64,000 bases of DNA from IMG/VR virus record IMGVR_UViG_3300021378_000021, positions 3,005-67,004 of that record; one strand, given 5' to 3'. Below are positions 59,504 through 64,000 of this stretch, piece after piece. Source of the stretch: a virus. A program made the translations under genes and the position numbers. Each line of letters opens with the position of its first letter. Within the stretch, counting starts at the first letter, position 1. Under the pieces are notes generated by a model. That model searched no databases. It was not told the origin of the DNA and worked only from the letters and a program-made list of their open reading frames with translations.

Positions 59504-60261
59504 CAGATCACTCTTGTCTTCTCATGTCCAACACGAATCCGTGGATCACACCAAATCTGAAACCCTGCTTCGATAGCATCGAGACAGAAACTTACATCCT
59601 CTCCACACATATCCTGTACCTCTCCACTCTCAAAGACTTGCATCTTTGGTGCAAACCATGGATACTTTATATCAGAATGCTCAAAGACTCCGTGCTTAAT
59701 CAATACCCATCCGAAACCTGTATAATCAACAGTAAACGGTTTACGACGCTTCGAAATACTTTCCCCAGTCTCATGATTCATAACTCCACCATTATTACGG
59801 AAATCATCCTCCTCCATCCAATGTGCCACTGAAGTGGTCTTACCATCTTCTGTCATATACCATCCACTTGCAATGTCCTGGTCCATTAATACTAATTGCC
59901 AAAACTTCTCTGTGTTAAACACAATATCACTATCAATCCATAACTGCCAATCATACTGTAACTTACCATCCCATGGAATTTGATCCGGTCCTCGCAATAC
60001 ATTCGCACCTAAACATTTACATCTGGCAAAATTTACCATCGATGAATAATCTTGCGAAATCTGGATGCTGGCACCTGCTTGCACTAAATCAAAACAAAGT
60101 TGTACAAAGTTTTTGAGATACGTATAAGAAACTCCTCTACCTGGTAAACAAAAGACAATGGACTTGCCTTTTACCATTTCCTTTGCCTTCGCATAGTCCC
60201 ATTCTTCAGTGCTCTCAGTTGCTTTGGGTGTCTTTGCTTTTACTGTAAATCCTTTAGCCAT
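59503..60261 (-). CDS. GT-A fold glycosyltransferase-like protein
   Basis: WIDSD (DxD), TGFGWVLIK, GEDVSFC, RVGHEK. Confidence 0.75.
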   Translation of the reverse strand: MAKGFTVKAKTPKATESTEEWDYAKAKEMVKGKSIVFCLPGRGVSYTYLKNFVQLCFDLVQAGASIQISQDYSSMVNFARCKCLGANVLRGPDQIPWDGKLQYDWQLWIDSDIVFNTEKFWQLVLMDQDIASGWYMTEDGKTTSVAHWMEEDDFRNNGGVMNHETGESISKRRKPFTVDYTGFGWVLIKHGVFEHSDIKYPWFAPKMQVFESGEVQDMCGEDVSFCLDAIEAGFQIWCDPRIRVGHEKTRVI

Positions 60262-60332
60262 AACTGTAAATGAACTTCGTCACTATCATAACACTCTATC
60301 TATACGTCGTCAAGACCTCGGTTCTGCAAACC

Positions 60333-60509
60333 TCAAGACTCTTCGAGATCCTTAATAATAATACAGTCATTCTCTACCTCGATGTTTACTTCTGTTCCCT
60401 CATACCACCCCTTCTCATCACATATCCATTCCGGTATCGTAATAATATATTCCCCACTTACTGGATCGATCTCTACAGTCGTAAAATTTTCCTGCGGATT
60501 TTTTTGCAT
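60333..60509 (-). CDS. AbrB/MazE-like small DNA-binding protein
   Basis: ITIPEWICDEKGWYEGTEVNIEVENDCIII swapped-hairpin pattern; start set at MQKNPQ. Confidence 0.6.
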   Translation of the reverse strand: MQKNPQENFTTVEIDPVSGEYIITIPEWICDEKGWYEGTEVNIEVENDCIIIKDLEES

Positions 60510-60647
60510 ATCTTTGAACCCTGATGCCATTTTTTATATATGAAAATTTTTTTTTATTACAGTGATATCACGAACGGACTTTGGGTCGTTTATAGCTTAA
60601 AGTAGTAGGGGGTTTTTATATACGGGGCACGGCAACGCATAACATAA

Positions 60648-60666
60648 GGGGGGCAATCACCCCCCA
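60648..60666 (-). terminator. GC hairpin at the end of the early cluster
   Basis: G6-CAATCA-C6 stem just downstream of the stop at 60674. Confidence 0.5.
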
Positions 60667-60673
60667 CTGCTGT

Positions 60674-60880
60674 TTACGAACGAACGGCATAAAGTCTAAG
60701 TTCCTTCTTAATGTCTCTGCCTATGTTTTTCATAGTGCGACAATCACTAGGAGTTCTTGATGTCACTACCCGTGCCTGTTTGTATACATTATGATTCCAA
60801 ATGCAATGCTTACCATTACATCGGGTTAATGAAAAATTAGCGGTTGTCATTTTGATTTCAATTTGTCTTTGTAGTTTCAT
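60674..60880 (-). CDS. HicA-like small basic protein
   Basis: FSLTR..GKH.IW.H...VVTSRTPSD.R..KNI.RDI pattern. Confidence 0.55.
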   Translation of the reverse strand: MKLQRQIEIKMTTANFSLTRCNGKHCIWNHNVYKQARVVTSRTPSDCRTMKNIGRDIKKELRLYAVRS

Positions 60881-60913
60881 AAGGAAAGTAAAGAGAAAAA
60901 AACGAAAGAGGAA

Positions 60914-61105
60914 TCAACCCTCTAGAACCCAGGTTCCCAGTTCCCCGGCATCCAGTCTCTGGTTCATCAGTGCCCACCATGGAGAATCGATGAACTCATC
61001 CAGCAACCCCAGGTGATGAACGAACCGCAACCCCTGTAACCAGGAGACGGTGCCATCCCATTCAGCAGAGGTGAGGAACTCATCCCAGATAAGGTCGGAA
61101 CGCAT
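60914..61105 (-). CDS. Hypothetical early protein (63 aa)
   Basis: Start MRSDLIW downstream of promoter TTGGCA-N16-TAGAAT (61131-61158). Confidence 0.55.
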   Translation of the reverse strand: MRSDLIWDEFLTSAEWDGTVSWLQGLRFVHHLGLLDEFIDSPWWALMNQRLDAGELGTWVLEG

Positions 61106-61197
61106 GAGGTGCTTTGCTTGGTTCCTCCATATTCTACAGCATCGCACCCCCCTGCCAACCCCCTAAACGATAAGGGTTGCTGATGAGGGTGATAAGA

Positions 61198-62109
61198 TTA
61201 TTTGTCTATACTTTGGAACTTATTGTTGTTGAAGTTAGCATAACTGAACTGTTCACGATTGACTAACTTAAATGTACCGAACTCATTGGAGTAAACATAA
61301 CCCTCACCACCGATTGGAGTTTGTCCGATGTATGCCTTTGGACCATTATTGCGGCAGAGATATATTGCATCCTCTTTAATCGACTTAACTAACAACCAGA
61401 AACTGATGAGTTTCTCATTCATAAAGTCAGATGCAATCACGGGACGATTCTCACGAATGCAAGAATTAAGTTCCTGTTTAATCAGTGTTGCTTCCTTATC
61501 TGATACAAACTCAACGTTCTGTGCCATAACCTTAGCAAACTGAATCACATCGTCTAAGTCATGGAATCTCTCTAGTCCATCATCATAACGACCGGAGAAG
61601 ATACGGGCACGGGGTTTCACAAACTTACAATAGAATGTGTCGGTGATAATGAAGTTCATCGGGTGTGCGATTGCATCCCTTAAATCACTCTCTGCTGTGT
61701 AGTAAGTATGAGGGGCAACGATAATCTCCTCTTCTACAATGTTATCGAACTGATAGGTGATTGTGTTCGGTGTATATTCATCATTACCACCGAAACCAAT
61801 AAAATCACCCTGAAAAATGCCGTCGGTTGGGGGTAACCAATCAAAGCAAGTATGCAGAATTCTTGCAACATTGCCCGTGTGGTTAGCATCAATATCCTGA
61901 TGCGATTCGTTGATTTTGATCTTTACTTTGTTAAAGACTGACTTAGTACCCACGAAGAAATTACCCGTCGCAGGATTAGTCCCCCATACGATTGCAGGTG
62001 CTCCGTCCATCTTTACAGATAGATTGCCCTCATTACGTAGACAATCAAGAGCACTTAAATCACCAGTGAGAATTGAATCTTCGGGATGTTCGATGTGCTT
62101 GTTTTGCAT
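61198..62109 (-). CDS. Conserved phage protein (DUF6267-like) with ligase-type nucleotidyltransferase motifs
   Basis: HIEHPED, VKMDGAP (KxDG), FQGDF, GEGYV, FKLVNR. Confidence 0.75.
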   Translation of the reverse strand: MQNKHIEHPEDSILTGDLSALDCLRNEGNLSVKMDGAPAIVWGTNPATGNFFVGTKSVFNKVKIKINESHQDIDANHTGNVARILHTCFDWLPPTDGIFQGDFIGFGGNDEYTPNTITYQFDNIVEEEIIVAPHTYYTAESDLRDAIAHPMNFIITDTFYCKFVKPRARIFSGRYDDGLERFHDLDDVIQFAKVMAQNVEFVSDKEATLIKQELNSCIRENRPVIASDFMNEKLISFWLLVKSIKEDAIYLCRNNGPKAYIGQTPIGGEGYVYSNEFGTFKLVNREQFSYANFNNNKFQSIDK

Positions 62110-62183
62110 TTAGAGAATGATGAGAATGAGAACGATTGAGTAAAATCGGGCATAACATGATGCCCACTCTTTTTTGGTTTTAA

Positions 62184-62528
62184 TCATGCAAGACGCATTC
62201 CGTTGCTGAACTTTACTGTCTGCATTTCGTCAAATGTTTCATTAAAGACACGAACAAACCACGTCCAATTCTGTTGAAATACCTGCTCATTCTTTGTTCC
62301 GCAGGTATATCCAAATTCGTTGAGAAGTGCATTCAGACGGGATTTTGTGGTCTTTGATTGATAACCACCATCATAAAGTTTCAGTGAATCTTCATCAATC
62401 TCAGCAATCAAGTTGCCATGAAGATAAACCTTTGAGATACCATCTTCAAGGGTAACTGATGTGTTCGCAGATGTCCAGTTAGTGTTATCTTTGATTGCTT
62501 GGATCATCTGCTGTTCGATTTTGCGCAT
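62184..62528 (-). CDS. Hypothetical early protein (114 aa)
   Basis: VYLHGNLIA...TTKSRLNALL...VFQQNWTW pattern; own promoter at 62587. Confidence 0.8.
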   Translation of the reverse strand: MRKIEQQMIQAIKDNTNWTSANTSVTLEDGISKVYLHGNLIAEIDEDSLKLYDGGYQSKTTKSRLNALLNEFGYTCGTKNEQVFQQNWTWFVRVFNETFDEMQTVKFSNGMRLA

Positions 62529-62586
62529 GAGAGGCAGGTAGAAGGGTCTGAGAGGTGTGGTGGGGTGCTGTCCCCTCCACTTCTAT

Positions 62587-62643
62587 ACAATACACGATTT
62601 TGGGGTCTGTGCCGTGACCTTGTGACAGTTAGTCAACCGCCAC
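62587..62643 (-). promoter_or_regulatory. Early promoter cassette A (-10 TATTGT plus upstream palindrome)
   Basis: -10 at 62587-62592; element GTGACAGTTAGTCAACCGCCAC at 62622-62643; 38/44 nt identical to cassette B. Confidence 0.7.
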
Positions 62644-62884
62644 CGACGACGTAGGAGACCACACCAGTTTGATGATCAACTCCCTCGATGACCTTATAGT
62701 CACCGTCTGTGATGGCAGAGTCAAACTCATCAACCCAGAGTTCAAACTGCGTAGGAGACCACACCAGTTTGATGCTCAACTCAGCGAAGATCTCCCTACA
62801 AGTATCTAAGGAAGGAGCGGCAATAACTGCCATTCCAGGGGTGTAGTCATAGAGTACTTCGCTGATTATGTAGAGATTGTTCAT
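62633..62884 (-). CDS. Hypothetical early protein (83 aa)
   Basis: AAGGA RBS and upstream promoter; EVLYDYTPGMAVIAA, C-terminal VVSYVVGGG. Confidence 0.75.
   Translation of the reverse strand: MNNLYIISEVLYDYTPGMAVIAAPSLDTCREIFAELSIKLVWSPTQFELWVDEFDSAITDGDYKVIEGVDHQTGVVSYVVGGG
62650..62782. repeat. 33-bp direct repeat (32/33 identical), period 100 bp
   Basis: CGTAGGAGACCACACCAGTTTGATG(A/C)TCAACTC at 62650-62682 and 62750-62782. Confidence 0.9.
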
Positions 62885-62908
62885 TGGGTTCCTTTGTTTA
62901 GCATGTAT

Positions 62909-62965
62909 ACAATACAGGATCTGAGGCAGAAATCAAGCGATAGTGGACAGCATGTAGATTGTCCT
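62909..62965 (-). promoter_or_regulatory. Early promoter cassette C (TTGATT-N16-TATTGT plus upstream palindrome)
   Basis: -10 at 62909-62914, -35 at 62931-62936, element GTGGACAGCATGTAGATTGTCCT at 62943-62965. Confidence 0.65.
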
Positions 62966-62988
62966 GTGGAAAAAAAGTTTTCCACAGG
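62963..62988. repeat. Perfect 11-bp inverted repeat containing two TTTTCCACA boxes
   Basis: CCTGTGGAAAA-AAAG-TTTTCCACAGG. Confidence 0.85.
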
Positions 62989-63012
62989 CAGCTGGCCTGA
63001 GTATCATTTAGT

Positions 63013-63029
63013 GGGGGAATTAATCCCCC
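63013..63029 (-). terminator. GC hairpin after 49-aa ORF
   Basis: GGGGGA-ATTAA-TCCCCC about 10 nt after the stop at 63040; no clear U-tract. Confidence 0.4.
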
Positions 63030-63039
63030 TAAGTGTTAC

Positions 63040-63189
63040 TTATGCAAGAAGATTATCAATCACACGTTCAACATCTGCCGAAATTTCAATGCCTTGAGAT
63101 TCACAATAATCAAGACACATTTGAAAGTCAGGTTGCATCTCCTCTACGAAATCATAGAGGGTTTCAAATACAGTTTGAGAACAAGTCAT
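63040..63189 (-). CDS. Hypothetical early protein (49 aa)
   Basis: Hand translation MTCSQTVFETLYDFVEEMQPDFQMCLDYCESQGIEISADVERVIDNLLA. Confidence 0.65.
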   Translation of the reverse strand: MTCSQTVFETLYDFVEEMQPDFQMCLDYCESQGIEISADVERVIDNLLA

Positions 63190-63207
63190 AATGTTAGTTA
63201 GTGAGTA

Positions 63208-63360
63208 TTATTCAGGACGAAGTTTGACTGTAATAATCTCAAAGTTTGGATGCAATTCTTTGCATCTTGCATATGCTTCGGCAGCAGTTTCTCTCATGTA
63301 AGAAAGCACATCGTGCATTTCTTTTTTGTTGTCGTAACCGTAGCAATTCCAGATAGGCAT
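63208..63360 (-). CDS. Hypothetical early protein (50 aa)
   Basis: Hand translation MPIWNCYGYDNKKEMHDVLSYMRETAAEAYARCKELHPNFEIITVKLRPE. Confidence 0.65.
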   Translation of the reverse strand: MPIWNCYGYDNKKEMHDVLSYMRETAAEAYARCKELHPNFEIITVKLRPE

Positions 63361-63391
63361 GTGATTTAGTGAATGAATGAATAAGTGTTAA

Positions 63392-63550
63392 TCAGTCTCC
63401 CAATTCGATAACAGTATGTCCGAGGTAATCTTCAACCCAGACAGTGGAATTAGACTCACTATACATCGAATAAGCAACGTCGATGGCATGATCCTGAGAA
63501 GCACAATTCTCAGTTTCGTTGAGTGCTGGACAGTGAACAGTGTAAAGCAA
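63392..63550 (-). CDS. Hypothetical early protein (52 aa, probable TTG start)
   Basis: LYTVHCPALNETENC...VWVEDYLGHTVIELGD; start placed downstream of the -10 at 63578. Confidence 0.6.
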   Translation of the reverse strand: MLYTVHCPALNETENCASQDHAIDVAYSMYSESNSTVWVEDYLGHTVIELGD

Positions 63551-63577
63551 AATTGAACTCGTTTCTTTGACCCTTCT

Positions 63578-63636
63578 ACAATACACGGTTTTGAGGTCTG
63601 TGCCGAAACCTTGTGCCACTTTGACCAACTGTCCAC
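63578..63636 (-). promoter_or_regulatory. Early promoter cassette B (-10 TATTGT plus upstream palindrome)
   Basis: -10 at 63578-63583; element GTGCCACTTTGACCAACTGTCCAC at 63613-63636. Confidence 0.7.
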
Positions 63637-63679
63637 TCGCGGCTGACCGGTTTGTGTTACTTAGTGATTTTCTTAAGTG

Positions 63680-63847
63680 TTAAAAAGGATTTGTCCATGC
63701 ATGATGTTTAGCAGAACTAATCTTACCGTCTTTGAGTAATCCATCACATACACGACAAAATACTTCAAACTTTTCTAATCGTGTCATGTTAGGATCAACG
63801 TCCCTTGCAGTTTCACCGACGATTCTTAAAACTTGTCCTTTGAGCAT
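63680..63847 (-). CDS. Hypothetical early protein (55 aa)
   Basis: Hand translation MLKGQVLRIVGETARDVDPNMTRLEKFEVFCRVCDGLLKDGKISSAKHHAWTNPF. Confidence 0.7.
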   Translation of the reverse strand: MLKGQVLRIVGETARDVDPNMTRLEKFEVFCRVCDGLLKDGKISSAKHHAWTNPF

Positions 63848-63880
63848 GATGTTACTTAGTGATGGATGAGTGAGTGTTAC

Positions 63881-64000
63881 TTAGTAGTCTATCTTACCGT
63901 TGAGATATTCTTCTACATCAAACTTCTTATCATCTTCTCCCTCTTCTTTATATTCAATCACATCATAAATCTCACCCGGCATATCATTAATCTCAGAGAA
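63881..64000 (-). CDS. Acidic hypothetical protein (3' part; start outside window)
   Basis: Open frame ...FSEINDMPGEIYDVIEYKEEGEDDKKFDVEEYLNGKIDY-stop. Confidence 0.6.
   Translation of the reverse strand, partial: FSEINDMPGEIYDVIEYKEEGEDDKKFDVEEYLNGKIDY

Noticed and set aside
62622-62643. NtcA or Pho box as the identity of the promoter palindrome
   Set aside because: Does not fit GTA-N8-TAC or the direct-repeat Pho box layout
62650-62782. Possible mini-CRISPR array (33-bp repeats)
   Set aside because: Only two copies, a 67-nt spacer, located inside a coding ORF, no palindromic repeat structure and no cas genes
63388-63636. 82-aa ORF and the extended 78-aa version of the ORF at 63392
   Set aside because: Both starts lie inside the promoter cassette, upstream of the predicted transcription start; the 52-aa TTG-start frame fits better
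1-64000. tRNA/rRNA genes, photosynthesis genes, reverse transcriptase/DGR, alternative genetic code
   Set aside because: None recognised by eye; long genes are uninterrupted under the standard code and all three stop codons are used. tRNAscan-SE and Infernal runs would be needed to exclude RNAs formally

Overview
A 64-kb segment of a T4-like myovirus, most likely a cyanophage (Kyanoviridae-like). Essentially all genes lie on the minus strand. In reading direction (right to left) it holds four blocks. (1) A cluster of small early genes with repeated promoter cassettes (about 60.3-64 kb). (2) The baseplate/neck/packaging/tail/head module: gp25, gp6, gp7, gp8, a 2450-aa virion protein, gp13, gp14, gp15, gp16, gp17, gp18, gp19, gp20, gp21, gp22, gp23, gp3. 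(3) Recombination and late-transcription genes: uvsY, uvsW, gp55, gp47, gp46. (4) Replication genes (gp45, gp44) interleaved with auxiliary genes: a CobS-like AAA+ ATPase with a VWA-peptidase partner, speD, a denV-like glycosylase, purN and purS. The most striking feature is a fractured large terminase gene. gp17 is split into two ORFs carrying an atypically split intein (29-aa N-intein, 103-aa C-intein), with a free-standing GIY-YIG homing endonuclease and its own late promoter between the halves, so full-length TerL probably has to be assembled by protein trans-splicing. Other signals: a palindromic element at fixed spacing upstream of five early/middle -10 boxes, a pair of inverted cyanobacterial-type DnaA boxes, a near-consensus antisense sigma70 promoter overlapping the gp55 promoter, a candidate protease-processed head polyprotein, and a ligase-motif early protein. 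No tRNA, rRNA or CRISPR array was recognised. All calls come from reading the sequence by eye, with no database searches.
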